The notes beneath the pieces are model-generated. The model was given only the letters and a program-made list of their open reading frames with translations, made no database searches and had not been told where the DNA came from. Below, piece after piece: positions 50,308-62,985 of a DNA stretch of 64,000 nucleotides. This stretch comes from Eledone cirrhosa. Lineage: Eukaryota. The stretch is taken from assembly GCA_964016885.1 (NCBI GenBank), contig OZ024743.1, positions 326,182,001-326,246,000 on the forward strand, given 5' to 3'. The translations under genes were made by a program, and so were the position numbers. Position 1 is the first letter of the stretch, and the number at the start of each line of letters is the position of its first letter.

Positions 50308-52366
50308 TTTTTTAATATTAAATGGAGTAATCAAACTGAAGGAGCAGCCTATCTGTTTGTATGCAATTCATCATTTCCATTCATATCCAGCTGTTGCATA
50401 AACAAAGATCTCTGTACAGTATTCCTACTGTGTTACACATGTTGCTGATCAAGATATGTCAATTTCAGTAACAGGATTGAACATATTTTAACAGCTAACA
50501 GAAACAGCCTCTCTGTAATTTACAACATACTCCTGCATACTGCAAACAACTTGTTTCTATTTCTGTACACCTACAAGTGTATGTAGCAGCACAATCATTG
50601 GTTATTTGGTAATTCACCTATCTTTCATTGATATGGTTAATACATGACTATCTGATGAACTTATATAACTCTTTCTTTTTATTTCAAATACAATTCAGTA
50701 AATAATATCACTCACTAACTTACCAATTCTAGTGATTATCTTTCTAACATTTGAATCAGTTGTACTTAGAATGCTTTATCAGCCAGAGAAAAAAAGCAAA
50801 AAGAAAGGAAAGAAAAGGTGTATCTGGTTGGGGTAGGGATAAAAACAGTGTGGTGATCATTAAACAACTTCTTTATAGATTTTGAAATAGATATTAAATG
50901 CTGTCATGATACAACTTGTTTCTGTTGGTGTAACTGTATTTTTGAATATAAATTCAGCTATCTTGTAATATATCTGTCGTCATCATCATCCTACATCTAT
51001 TTCCCATGCCTACTTGCTTGTAATGTTTTGAGGCTAGACCAGTCAGGTGACTACAACATGCTCATATGTTCTATTTGGTTTGGTTTCTATCACTGGATAC
51101 CCTTCCTAACTCCAGCCATTCTATGTGTATTAGGAGCATTTTATCGTGACTCCAGCCAACACTACCACTTTACAAAATGGGCTGAGTGCATTTTATCACG
51201 GCTGTTTGCTCTCATGATCTTGACACAACTTGAACAACCTCCATTACAAAAACGTGTGTATATTGAAATGAAATTTATAATACTGACATGAAGCAACTTG
51301 TCTCTCTCTATTGCTATAGCTCTGAACTGTTGAATATAAACACATCTATCTTGTAATATACTTGTCTATGTCTTATGTAATATACTGAACAGTATTTTAT
51401 ATGCTATCATGTAATATACTTAACTATATATCTCAACAAGAGCTTCAGCTCTACGATGTGTGATATGCAAAAGATTACAACAGTGTTTGTGAAGTAGATG
51501 TGATTGATTACTGAACATATAGTTATAAACTGAAGCTACTCTAAGGTGACCATTATATTGTTCCATAAGGCAAAGGACATTATTTTTTTTTTGCTTCAGT
51601 CTGTTTTGCTTGATAACAAGTTTTGATTCTTCTACCGTGTGGTTGAATGATTAGAAGAAGGATAGTGAGTTGTGAAAATGTTTTCTCAATAACATACAGA
51701 TGTTGAAATGTCTTAAAATCTATAAAAACAGTTTTTATGATGGGAAAAACGAAATTGTTTATGTGGACTTATCAAATATCATCATCATCATATGTTTACT
51801 TTCTATATTTGGCAAGGTTTCTACAGCTGGATTTCCTCCCTAATGTCCTATACCATATCAAATGTACTGGACATATTTTTTCTTACTGCCACCACTATCA
51901 CTTTACAGAGTCTACTAGGTGCATTTTATGGCAACAGCACTAGAGTTATATTATCTGTTCTCTGGGTGTATCTAGTGTATTGCAAGGAGCTTCACACAGG
52001 TGACTATCATAATTGTGAAATTGTAAAAGGAGTACTTTCTCATTGTTTCTTGTTTGCTTTTTTTTTGCAGTAGAGTCTGTTCTCATTGAACTTGGTTATG
52101 TAACATGACAATAAGCAATTATTGGTCATAGGTAAATTCAATAAATATGTCTAGTTTTTTTTAAAAGAAATTACATTCCAATGTTTGTTATATTTGCATT
52201 AAAGTCATATGTAATGTGCATTCATAAGAAACTTTTAAAATCAACTTCCACCTTTCTTCACCTTTTTAAAGCTCCTTTTTTTCAACATATCTTCAAATAA
52301 CTTATTGTTTAGTAAATTCTGATATCAAGGCTGCTCAAAAGACCCCAGGAGATCGATCGAAGGTGT

Positions 52367-52367
52367 T

Positions 52368-52398
<31 letters not shown>

Positions 52399-54000
52399 TT
52401 GTGTTGTATCAGATGAAAGAATGGTATTTAACTAATGTATTGGTATGCGATGGGGCCCACCCACAGCCCCGGCGGACAGAATGGAGAAGGCGTTTCCCTG
52501 GAGGACGGCGCTGGAAAAGCCACTCCAACTCGCGGGGCTCACACCTGCGGCTGGCCAGCTCAGCGCCTATGGTGGTGAGTAAGGAGGTAGCCCTGGGGCC
52601 GAGGACACCAGAAGTCTCCACTGCCGGGAGAACGACAGCAAACCTGTCGGAGAGCGACCAGTATTTGAGGAGTTTGGCCTCCTCAGCCCGACGTGCAGCA
52701 GAACCTGGGTCAGTCGCAGACTGCACCAAGTTGCGGCTGCAGAAAGTGTCGGTGCAAGTGACATCCCAGATGAGGGGTTTGCCACCGCGGAACGGGAAGA
52801 TGGTCATGCCATCTGGCCTTTTGCCGTCTCCTTGATCCAGCCCCACCGGCTCGAGCTGGGAAGGGGAGCCTGCAGCATCCAAGCCATGCTTAATGACCTC
52901 GTTGAGGGCAGCATGGCGTGGAATGCGGCCGGCACTATGGCGACAGGAAAGCGGGTGGAGGCCAAAAGAGTCCACGGTGGAACCGCAGCGACATTGGTGT
53001 GGCTGGCAGATCTGGAGGCCGAGCCTCAGGGAAACGCTGATTCGCAGGCTATGGTTGTCTAGCTGCGTGCCAGTGGATAAGGAGAGCCGGGCATGGAGCC
53101 AGGCACCACTGTGGGGTTTGGAGGCCGCACGAAAACAAGCAAGGTGGTGCTGGTCGAGCTGGCGCGTGAGCCTGTCTGAGGCCAGGCTGCACTGGATGGC
53201 ACCCCAAGTGCGTTGGGGGGACTTGACGTCAACAAGGGGAGAAGGAGAAGGGACGTCTACTGGGCTAAGTCCCAGCTGGTCCCACGTCTCACAGGCGGCC
53301 TCACGTTCTCTGAACACAGAGGGTTCTGTTGTGTTTTGAATAACCCTCCTGACGAGGACGCGGCACGAGGTTACCGACGAAAGATATGCTGGTAAAGCTA
53401 GTGAGATCGGGGACCGGAGGCCAAGGCCGCCATACCTGACCGGTAAAGTGGCCTGTTGCCACCCTATGTCGTCAAACTTGACGTTGCATATCCCCTCGAC
53501 TGCTGCTCGGATACAAGTATCGAGGTCAGCGAGGAGAGATGTCTAGGTGTAGCATGGAGCACTGCGGAGTGTATAGAGGAGCTTTGGCATGGCGAAGCAG
53601 TTCCTCAGCAGAAAGAGAGCTGGGTGGCCGTCAATCAAGCCCAGTCGGCTCGTGAGAGTCTGGAGCTGTTGAAGCCTGGACCTGATGGTGGATCGGTGAC
53701 CCGAGGATGAGGACATCCTCTTTGGGGGTCACCTGAACCTGGCGGAGAATGGACTGCACGTCCAAGACGGAGGCTGCAAAGCTCGCAGCATCGAGGCTGA
53801 TGTTCACCACCTCCTACTTGGCCGAGTTGACCTGGAGGCCGATTCCCGCCAGGGCAGGAATCACTGATTGAAGGTCTTGGCAGACCGTCCGTATGGGCCC
53901 GCCCAACATAGCATCATCCAGATACCAAACGTTGAGAGGGGCCGTGATACTCCGGGCGATGTGGTCAATACCAAAGGTGAACAGGAGGGGTTCCAAAGGG
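52367..54000 (-). mobile_element. CRE-like non-LTR retrotransposon (RT C-half, CCHC knuckle, restriction-like endonuclease), 5' truncated, disrupted
   Basis: PLLF...WYLDD, QATLPVRYGGLGLRS, CRCGSTVDSFGLHPLSC, RHAALN, KRPDG...WDVT...ETSG. (AAAT)n tail at 52367-52400. Visibly GC/CpG-rich. Confidence 0.9.
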
Positions 54001-54735
54001 ATGTTTTAGTTTACATCGATCACTTGACCTCCATCAGTTTTGATCATGAGTGTTCCAGTTGTTTGCTCAACAGAACAGCCTGCTCATGAAATTAATGTGT
54101 AAGTGGTCAAACATTTCACATACACAAGAACTTTTAACAGGGAGATTCAATGGAGAAACTGTGGGACAAAGCAGGCCCTTTCAGTTACAAGTACAGTTCA
54201 TCTGACTGGCTTCTAAAAAGTTTCTATCTGTCCAAATTCTCTCAAGGCTTGGATTAATCAGAGGCTATGGTAAATGACACATACCCAAGTTACCACACAG
54301 TTGAATCAAACTCAGCACAGCTTTAGATAGGGAATTAAAAAGCAGGTGTGAGGTAAATTCAATATTGTGTAATTAAGACTAATAATTAGATGTTGCATTG
54401 TGTATTGGTGGTTGGTAAATGACCCCCACCCCCCGTTGTACTTTTTTTTTACTTGCATTAGCCTACCATATTATACATCTAAAAAGAAAAATGTGTACAC
54501 ACACCCACACATTTTTTCTTTCTAGATGTATAATATGGTTGGCTAATGTGTACACACACACATACGTGCGCACATGTCCAGAGACATTTTGTCTGCCACT
54601 TTAACAATTCTGTCAATCCAATGGTTTCAAATTTAGAAATGAGACCATCAATTTGGACAGGATTATATTGAACTCAGTATTTGACTGGTACTTTATTTTA
54701 TTGTTAATTTTAGGAGGTCAAGTGACCATGTAGAA

Positions 54736-55057
54736 CAGTGGTTTCCAACCTTTTGTGCATCATACCCCACTTCAACATCTCAAAAATTGTTATGCTCCCC
54801 TTTGATATAAAAACAGCAATAGTCAACTGCAGGCTGTAAACAAATTAGAGTATAGGTGGTGCCAAATGCACAATATGTGTGGAGGAGGTGAAACAGGAGT
54901 TTCCAACAGTAATGTGTACCACCAAAGTTGTCTTGGTGTAAAAGTAATAAAGTAAAACCTGAAGTTTCTTCTCATTAACATCATTTTCAAATTGTTCCCC
55001 CTTGAATATTCAAATTGCCTTCCATGTAGGGTGTGTGCCCCACGTTGGGAATCACTG
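54736..55057. mobile_element. hAT (Charlie-like) MITE
   Basis: TIRs cagtggtttccaac / gttgggaatcactg. 8-bp flanks atgtagaa and atatagag form an imperfect target duplication. Confidence 0.7.
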
Positions 55058-55259
55058 ATATAGAGCTTCACATGATTTATTTCAGTTGCACTCTTATTGT
55101 TAAGTATATAATACAGAAAATTCCTTCTTTGTAACAATTTTGTCTTGTCTCTATAACTGTGTCCTTGTGAAGCAAGCTTCATAAACTGCAAAGCAATGTT
55201 TTAAGGTAATGAAATTATATAATCCAATGAACATTTTTTTTATTTTGCAGTTCTTCAAC

Positions 55260-55424
55260 ATGTCCTGCAACTCTTCTAGTCTTGGAGAAGTACCAGGAGA
55301 AAAACCATCAACGGCCCCATTACAGACTATCTCGGTACCACATACTACAACTGATGGATCTATTGGCACTGAAAGTTTGCCTTGGAGTCTTGATGCCATC
55401 TTACCAGCAGTACATGGCTCTGAG
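55260..55424 (+). CDS. probable first coding exon of an unidentified host gene (exon starts 55251)
   Basis: Acceptor ttttttttattttgcag|, ATG in caacATG context, 55 codons MSCNSSSLGEVPGEKP...AVHGSE, donor GAG|gtttgt in phase 0. Non-repetitive sequence. Confidence 0.65.
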
Positions 55425-55729
55425 GTTTGTCAAGATTTATTTATTGTGTGTGTGTGTGTGTGTATATTTATGTATATGTGTATATTATTATTATGGTCAT
55501 TTGCATTGGGATGGCTACATTTCAAATTTTCTCAATGCTTCTTAAGTTAACCTGTTGTTTTTACACTTATAGCTACATGCTTAAACATTTTAAAGATAGA
55601 ATTAGTGGCCATCGGCTTTTTAGCATAGTGGTTAACACATTTTCCCAGCATCTGAGAGATGTGGGGTTCAAAGGTGTACTTAACTCAATTTCTTTTCAAT
55701 TATTAGTTATAGTGATTGACTATTATTAT

Positions 55730-55917
55730 TATGGTGAATTTGCAGTATCGATAGAGGGTTGGACGCCATGCTTTCTAGCATAGTTACGTCCCTTTACAGT
55801 CTGAGTTCAAATCCCGCCGAGGTTAACTTTGCCTTTCATCCTTATGGGGGTCGATAAAATAAAGTACCAGTAATGTACTGAGTAATAGCTGGCCTTGTGC
55901 CAAAAGTAGAAACAATT
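55730..55917 (+). mobile_element. Meta-core SINE, full length
   Basis: Same consensus as 34543-34726. Flanks ttattattatggt and ttagtattatggt. Confidence 0.85.
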
Positions 55918-56120
55918 AGTATTATGGTCATTTACATTGGGACAGCTGGATTTCATCTACCCGCATGCATGCACACACACATACACCAATTTTTCCAGCA
56001 CCCTTGGTTCCAAACATGTCAGATTATTTGTTTTTCTTGATTTTAGAATATTTCATTAGAATATTACGTCAGAAACTGTCTCCTTACCCCTCAACTATAG
56101 TAATATGAAGGTGCAAATGT

Positions 56121-56339
56121 TTAACTCTTTAGCATTTAAACCGGCCGTATCTGGTCAAAATTCTCTCACCTCTTTCTGTTCAAACTGGCTGTAATCGGCT
56201 GCTCATACTGATGTTAAGGTATTGTTCTCAAAAATAAAGGATATCAAAATCTTGTAGCTTTGATATTATGTGAAGTAAAGTCTTTACCATGAAAATACAA
56301 TAGTATATATATAGAGTAATGTAAATGTTAAAGGGTTGA
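56121..56339. mobile_element. TTAA MITE family 1
   Basis: ttaactctttagcattt ... aaatgttaaagggttga. Confidence 0.8.
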
Positions 56340-56959
56340 AATTAAATCCTATGCTATGTGATAATCTCCTTACACGAATTAACCAGTCTAGTGTATTGCA
56401 GGGAAATTTAAGTTTCTACCCATAATTCCACCCAGAAAGGCTGGATCATAATCATATCCAGAAAATCAATGTTATACCTGTATATATCTATATATATATA
56501 TAACACATACTGTGTAGTATCTTGGGCAATTTACTATAGCCTCAGATCAGCCCATACCCTGGGAGTGAAATTGGGTAGATGGAAACTATTTGGAACAACT
56601 GGACCACTCATTGTTACAACCAACAGAGGTTCATCAAAGCTGTAGTTTACTTTGTACAACATTATGTAAACTACAATTTTAAATTGCTTTCATGGAAAAT
56701 CAAAAATTATGTTTCCTTATAATAGCTATTTAAATGATTTATGTGATTTTTTTCTTTTGGACTCTTCTCTGTAAACATTACTTTTTAAATAGGAAATTCC
56801 CAATGAGAATTTAATGCTGCTTATTTTGTTTGTTTAGCCACTAGATGTGTGTTTTCATTTCCAACATATATTATTGCTTATTTTACTTTCATTTGACATG
56901 TCTACATTTGTCTATTTGTTTACATATTTATATAAATTGCAACTATTATCTGCTGCCAC

Positions 56960-57545
56960 GAATGTTTAAATACATCCAGCCCATTCTGTAAAATGGTTAT
57001 GTTGGTGCTACAATTAAACACACCCATTCCACGTTGTAAAGTTGTAGTGCTGATGCCTCGATAAAATACACCCAGCCCACTCTGTAAAATAGTAATGTTG
57101 GTGCTACAATTAAATACACCCACTCCACACTGTAAGGTGGTAATGCTCATGCTTTAATAAAATACACCCTACCCACTCTGCAAAGTGGGAGTGTTGGTGC
57201 CATTATAAAAATCAATCCAGTCGACATTGTAAGGTGATTGTGTTTGTTCCCTAACAAAAAATGCATCCAATCCACCCTGTAAGGTCATAGTGCTGGTGCC
57301 ATGACGAAAAGCATGCAGTCTACATTTTAAGGTGGTAGGGTTGATGCCATGATAAAATGCTCCTAATACACACTGAAGTAGTTGATGCTAGGAAGGGAAT
57401 CCAGCCATAGACATCTGCCAAAAACAAAATGTATGAACAAGAAGCGGTCACTTGACCTGTCTAGCCTCAGAATGTGACAACTTGTCTAACCCATGCAAGC
57501 AGGGAAAATAGACATTAAATGGTGGTAGTGATTATGATATTGATG
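56960..57545 (+). repeat. RTE-tailed SINE with about 8-9 diverged 48-bp modules
   Basis: About 48-bp period (tgtaaa at 56987, 57035, 57083, 57131...), then aggaagggaatccagcc and aacccatgcaagcaggg tail. Confidence 0.8.
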
Positions 57546-57675
57546 ATTGTTTATAGATTCATGTACACTATAAATCAATACTGCATACATACAAATATAC
57601 ACTTTCACTTGAAGAATTCTTTTATTATTTGCCTAGTTTCAGTCATTCAACTGTGGCCTTGATTGGGCATGAACT

Positions 57676-57906
57676 TTAACCCTTTAGCATTTAAACCGAC
57701 TGCATCCGGCCAGAATTTTCTCACCTCTTACTGCTCAAACCAGCTATTACCAGCTGCTCATACTGATGTTAAGGTATTGTTCTCAAAATAAATAACATCA
57801 AAATCTCGTAGATTTAATATTATGTGAGATAATTATATGAGATAAAGCATTTACCACAAAAATACCATACTATATATATAGAGAGATGTAAATATTAAAG
57901 AGTTAA
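57676..57906. mobile_element. TTAA MITE family 1
   Basis: ttaaccctttagcattt ... aaatattaaagagttaa. Confidence 0.85.
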
Positions 57907-59365
57907 GGGATTTTAGTTGATCAAAATTGACCTAGATGTAAAAGGATAAATGTCTCAAACTTATGTTGGGTGTCCTACTGATTCTATCTTCCATTGCACA
58001 CACACACACACACGGGACAGGTATCTACCAAATTTCTGTCTACTAAAGCTTCACCCACAAGGCTGTGGCATGGGATTGAATCCAGAAGGTGTTTTCAAAA
58101 TGAAATAGTTAACCAGAGTCATGTGTGGTAGATTGACATAACTTTCATTCTAATTTTTTAATTGACCTTAATCTGCTTTAATGTAGGATAACTTTGAAGT
58201 TTAAAAATGTATTGATGCATATCAGTAAAATATGTACACAATACATTAGTAAAAAAAAAACAAAACAACAGAAGCCAGTGTATTTAACTCTTAACATCCT
58301 GTACCACATATAAAACCATATTAGCACAACATTCTTGAAAAGTATAAAATAGCACTATGAATGCATCATATTAAAAATTAAATTCTTTAATTTACTGCAA
58401 ATTTTCACAGAGGCCTGTTGACTAGTATAGACACTATAAACATTTGAATTAACAAATTTGATTTTAGTAATTTTCTACAAATCATTATAGGATAAGAGTT
58501 AAACAAAAATCTTTTTGTGGCAGTTTCACAGACATTCCGTCATCACTGTTATTGGAAATACGATAGATCAGTTGTTGACTAACTGGAAACCTATAACTAC
58601 AAAGAGTATATTAAAAAATATAGTAATATAATTGAAAATTTGTCAATTGATTTTTTTTTAATAAATTGCTATAGACTGTTATCTTCATCATTTTTACATC
58701 TGCCTTCTACACTGGCATGAGTTAAACAGTTGTCTCATCTTACTCAGACATTCCATATTTGGCATGGTTTTTATGGTGCACTGGGTGTATTTTCTCTATG
58801 GCACACTGGGTCCATATTATTATTGCACCAGCACTACCACTTTACAGGTTGGACTGGGTTTGTTTTATTGTAGCTCCTGCTTGTCATGGATCATCCAGAT
58901 TATGGATGATCATGACAGGTTGAAGAGTCCTTTCAAATTTGTGGCCTCAGATCTCTCAACACATTTATTCTTAGTGTGTCAGTGCTTGTACTGGTGCATG
59001 GGTTATTTTGTATCCACTCAGTCCTGTGTCAGCTCTTTTATGAGTTTTTTTAGAGGTCATTCTTCACAATTTTGTCCCATTTCTTCCTTGGTCCCCTCCC
59101 CCTTTTGATGTATTTCCTGTTCACTTGGTCCATTGTCATCTCCTTTGTGAGGTACAGTTTTTTCCAGGTAATTTCTCTCTTAAGCTTTGTCCCCTATCTT
59201 CCATAGTCTCTCTCATCCAGAAATTAGTAATCAGTATTGATTTTCATGTCAGTTGTAACTAGCTGAAACAGATATATATTCTTTGTTTCAATGTCCTTCC
59301 ATTTTTATATTTGTTAGTATGTTTAAACACAAGTATGTGAAGTGTTTCTGATTTGTTGGAATATT

Positions 59366-59920
59366 TGCTGGTGCCACACAATGCATTCAGCCTACTCTGT
59401 AAAGTGGTAGTGTTAGTACCATGAGAAAATGTACTCAGCTCACTCTGTAAAGTGGTAGTGCTGGTGCCACGATCAAATGCACTCAGACCACTCTGTAAAG
59501 TGGTAGTGTTGGTACCATGAGAAAATGTACTCAGCTCACTCTGTAAAGTGGTAGTGCTGGTGCCATGATCAAATGCACTCAGACCACTCTGTAAAGTGGT
59601 AGTGTTGGTACCATGAGAACATGTACTCAGCTCACTCTGTAAAGTGGTAGTGCTGATGCCACGATCAAATGCACTCAGACCACTCTGTAAAGTGGTAGTG
59701 TTGGTACCATGAGAAAATGTACTCAGCTCACTCTGTAAAGTGGTAGTGCTGGTGCCATGATCAAATGCACTCAGACCACTCTGTAAAGTGGTAGTGTTGG
59801 TACCATGAGAAAAAGGACCCAGTCCACTCTGTCAGGTGGTAATGAAAGTACCACAGTAAAACTTACCCTGTACATGTTGTGAAGTAGTTAGTGTTAGGAA
59901 GGGCCTCCGGCTGTAGAAAT
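59366..59920 (+). repeat. 48-bp minisatellite with alternating A/B units (96-bp higher-order repeat) inside a SINE
   Basis: ctctgt(aaagtggtagtg) starts at 59395, 59443, 59491 ... 59827, an exact 48-bp period, followed by gtgttaggaagggcctcc. Confidence 0.95.
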
Positions 59921-60231
59921 TATGTCAAAATGGAAGTTATGAGCAAAATGATGATCATTATGTCTATGTGCATCAGTAGCCATCATCTTCTTGTATGCAG
60001 TACTCATGTGTGGGTCTTATTTCAGAGAAGCTTGGCAATTGATCAAGGCTGAACTATTTCCTACCTCCTAAAGTTTATTTGTTGGCTCTAAAAACATAAA
60101 TCTTCTTGAAATTACCTTTATTAAATAGTTCAAATTAAAATTAAAAATTTGATTGAAATCTTATTACATAACAGAAAATATTAGATTTCAATAGTTAAAT
60201 ATATATCTTTTATTATTAAGTTGGAAGTTAC

Positions 60232-61262
60232 GTCATAGTTATGTCCCTTTACGATTTGAGTTCAAATCCCACCAAGGTTAACTTTGCCTTTCATCCTTAT
60301 GAGGTTGATAAAATAAAGTACCAGTATGTACTGGGTAATTGCTGGCCTTGTGCCGAAAGTAGAAACAATTATTAAGTTGGAAGTTAGTTATTTCTCTAAA
60401 TTCCTCATAATTACTGATTACTTTGGTAATTAAAAAGTCAAAGGCAGTATATATAGTCTTGTTAGAAATATGGTCACAAAAAGATTTTTTTATATATTTG
60501 CATGTGTTAGAGGGAAGTTCCAGTTTCCCTTGTAGCATGTGATTGAGAGAGTGTCTTCTCCCTCTATTTTGCCTCTTGTGTTTATTTGTATGAATAATTC
60601 TGTATTAAATGATCCTGCATGTTCACAAACTAACAGGAAATGAAAGGATTAAATACTTGATGGAATGAGTTTTTTTTTCCTCACAGTGTTCTTTTTAAGC
60701 GTAGAGGGTTGGACGCCATGCTTTCTGGCATAGTTACGTCCCTTTACGGTCTGAGTTTAAATCCCACCAAGGTTAACTTTGCCTTTCATCCTTACGGGGT
60801 CGATAAAATAAAGTACCAGTAATGTACTGGGTAATTGCTAGCCTTGTGCCTAAAGTAGAAACAATTATTTACAAAATAATGATACTTGGATTGGCAGTAT
60901 CAGTAGAGCGTCAGACACCATGCTTTGTAGCATAGTTATGGCCCTTTACGTTCTGATTTCAAATCCCGCCAAGGTTAATTTTGCCTTTCATCCTTACAGG
61001 GATAATTGCTAGCCTTGTGCCAAAATTAGAAACAATTATTTACAAAATAATGACAAAGGGCGGTGGATTGACAGTATTGATAGAGGGCCAGACAAAATAT
61101 TTTGTGGCATTTAGTACCAAATTTCTATGTTCTGAGTTCAAATTTGCTTTTCATACTTCCATGGTGAATAAAATAAAGTACTGGGGGGTCGAAACATCCA
61201 ATTTTCCCCTTACCCAAATTGCTGGCCTTGTGCCTGAATTAGAAAGAATTATTTACAAAATA
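60232..61262 (+). mobile_element. cluster of four Meta-core SINE copies (60232-60370, 60700-60868, 60890-61038, 61058-61262)
   Basis: Repeated B-box, core and tail. The first copy is flanked by duplicated ttattaagttggaagtta. Confidence 0.8.
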
Positions 61263-61320
61263 TAAATAATTTTAAACAAATGCACAAATGATTTTTTGTA
61301 TTTTCTTTTCTTCTATGTAG

Positions 61321-61812
61321 GAGAAGAATCCATTTTTAGAACACTTGCAACAGTTTGACCAAGTCCTATCATGTGATGATGTGAAAGAAGCTTTGCAACA
61401 AACACGAGTGCCATCTTTAGGCCTGGATGGCAGCGGCACTATGTCAGCTGTTGTCTATTCTATAGATGATGGCCATAGCAGTGTGGACACCAACTTGATT
61501 TTGTTTTCCCAGCATCAAAGTAATATTGGCATTACTGCTGGAGACCTTGGTTATGGAGAGGAGGCAGGGAACAACCCAAATAATAACAACAACAATAACA
61601 GTAGCAGCAGCAGCTCTGCAGCAGCTGAGGGTAGTGTTGGCAACAACAGCAATAGCAACAGCAACAATAACAATGATAACAGTCACAGTGCCACCAACAA
61701 AGTTGAACTTTTTACCGAAGAGAATATGAACTTTCAACACCTTGATGCACTACCAGGCCATACTTCACCAGACATAAATCAATTCTATGTTCCGTGTATC
61801 AGTAGTAGCAGA
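61321..61812 (+). CDS. internal coding exon of the same unidentified host gene (Asn/Ser-rich low-complexity tract)
   Basis: Acceptor ttttcttttcttctatgtag|GAG, 164 open codons EKNPFLEHLQQFDQVLSC...PCISSSR, donor AGA|gtgagt. Phase 0 matches the 55424 donor. Confidence 0.75.
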
Positions 61813-62254
61813 GTGAGTGTTAGTTACATTATTGTCCCAATCCACCATCATTCTTTTCATCGATTATTATCATCATCATTTAGCATTTAACATTGGTTCT
61901 CTCTGCTAACAAAGGTTGGGCAGGTCACCACTGACCAAGTGAGTACCCAATCGAAGCCACTCTATAGAGTGCACCATGCATTTTCTCTTGGCACCAGCAC
62001 TCAGGAGGTTGTCATGTCTTTGGCACAATTGAAGAGTTCTCTCAACCTTTTGTTTGGCAAGTTTTCAATGTCTGGATGATCCTCCTATCACTAACCACTT
62101 TATAGCATGTACTGGGTGTGTTGAATCATGTCACCATCACTAGAGCGGTTATCATGCCTTTAACACAACTGAAGAGACCTCTTAAACTTTTAAAGTTAAG
62201 CGTTTTATTGTATTAAAAAAAAAAAGGTTCATATTTCCTTTTTTTTTTTTACTT

Positions 62255-62470
62255 TTTCTTTGCCGGCTTATTGCTGGGAGGGTCGTGGGAGCAGGTCTTC
62301 AAGCACTCCTTCTAGCAGTTCCTGTCAGAAGCAACTGTCTCTAATTAATCCAGCTGGATCCCCCAGCATGATCAGCTGAGCTTATGGATGTTAGCCAGCC
62401 ATCTTGCTTGGGGTCTACCTCTGGGTCTCCTGCCAGTTGATCCCCCGCCCCATAAAATCTGTCCATATTT
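62255..62470 (-). mobile_element. 3' fragment of RTE family D
   Basis: Homologous to 6590-6800; minus strand encodes GRRPRGRPQARWLANI. Confidence 0.6.
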
Positions 62471-62624
62471 TGAAAAATTAATTGATTAATTGCTCTATAT
62501 TCTGCTATGGACTGGTGGTGGGGGTATACTCTCAGTCACTTAATGCCAATGAAACCAGGAGGATAATCACTGGCTTGTTGAGCCTCCGGGCTTGGGACCG
62601 ACTTAAACTATAAGTTTACATGTC

Positions 62625-62985
62625 TTCTTGTGACGCTAAACTCCACCAGTTGCAGACTGCGCATCAACATGAGATATCTCTCTCCACAAAGTTCGATCAC
62701 CAGCAGCAGAGTTCAAAGAGCAAAGATCAAGTCCAGTCCATAAGTTGACATTATCAAGCCATCGTTTTGGCTGCCGGCCTCTGCTTCTCTTTCCAGCCAA
62801 CCTTCCTTCCAGGCATAACCTACTCACACCACGAGTTGATCTTTTTATATGACCATATAGTTTGAGTACTCTTGACTTGACATTTGATGTAATTGGTTTA
62901 AGTTTGGTAATGTTGAGCAGCTCACTGATACAGATACGGTCGCTGAGCCGCTTGCCAGTCATAAATCTCATGATGTGGTTCTGGA
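62625..62985 (-). mobile_element. 3' fragment of RTE family E
   Basis: ORF 62636-62971 with LKLYGHIKR...LEGRLAGKRSRGRQPKRWLDNV...AAGDRTLWR. Confidence 0.85.

Noticed and set aside
55735-55820. tRNA genes suggested by gttcaaatcc B-boxes
   Set aside because: They are SINE heads with no complete cloverleaf and are always followed by the SINE core.
59395-59860. CRISPR-like array (constant 18-mer plus 30-nt variable part)
   Set aside because: The 'spacers' are only two related alternating sequences, the unit derives from a SINE module, there are no cas genes and the context is eukaryotic.
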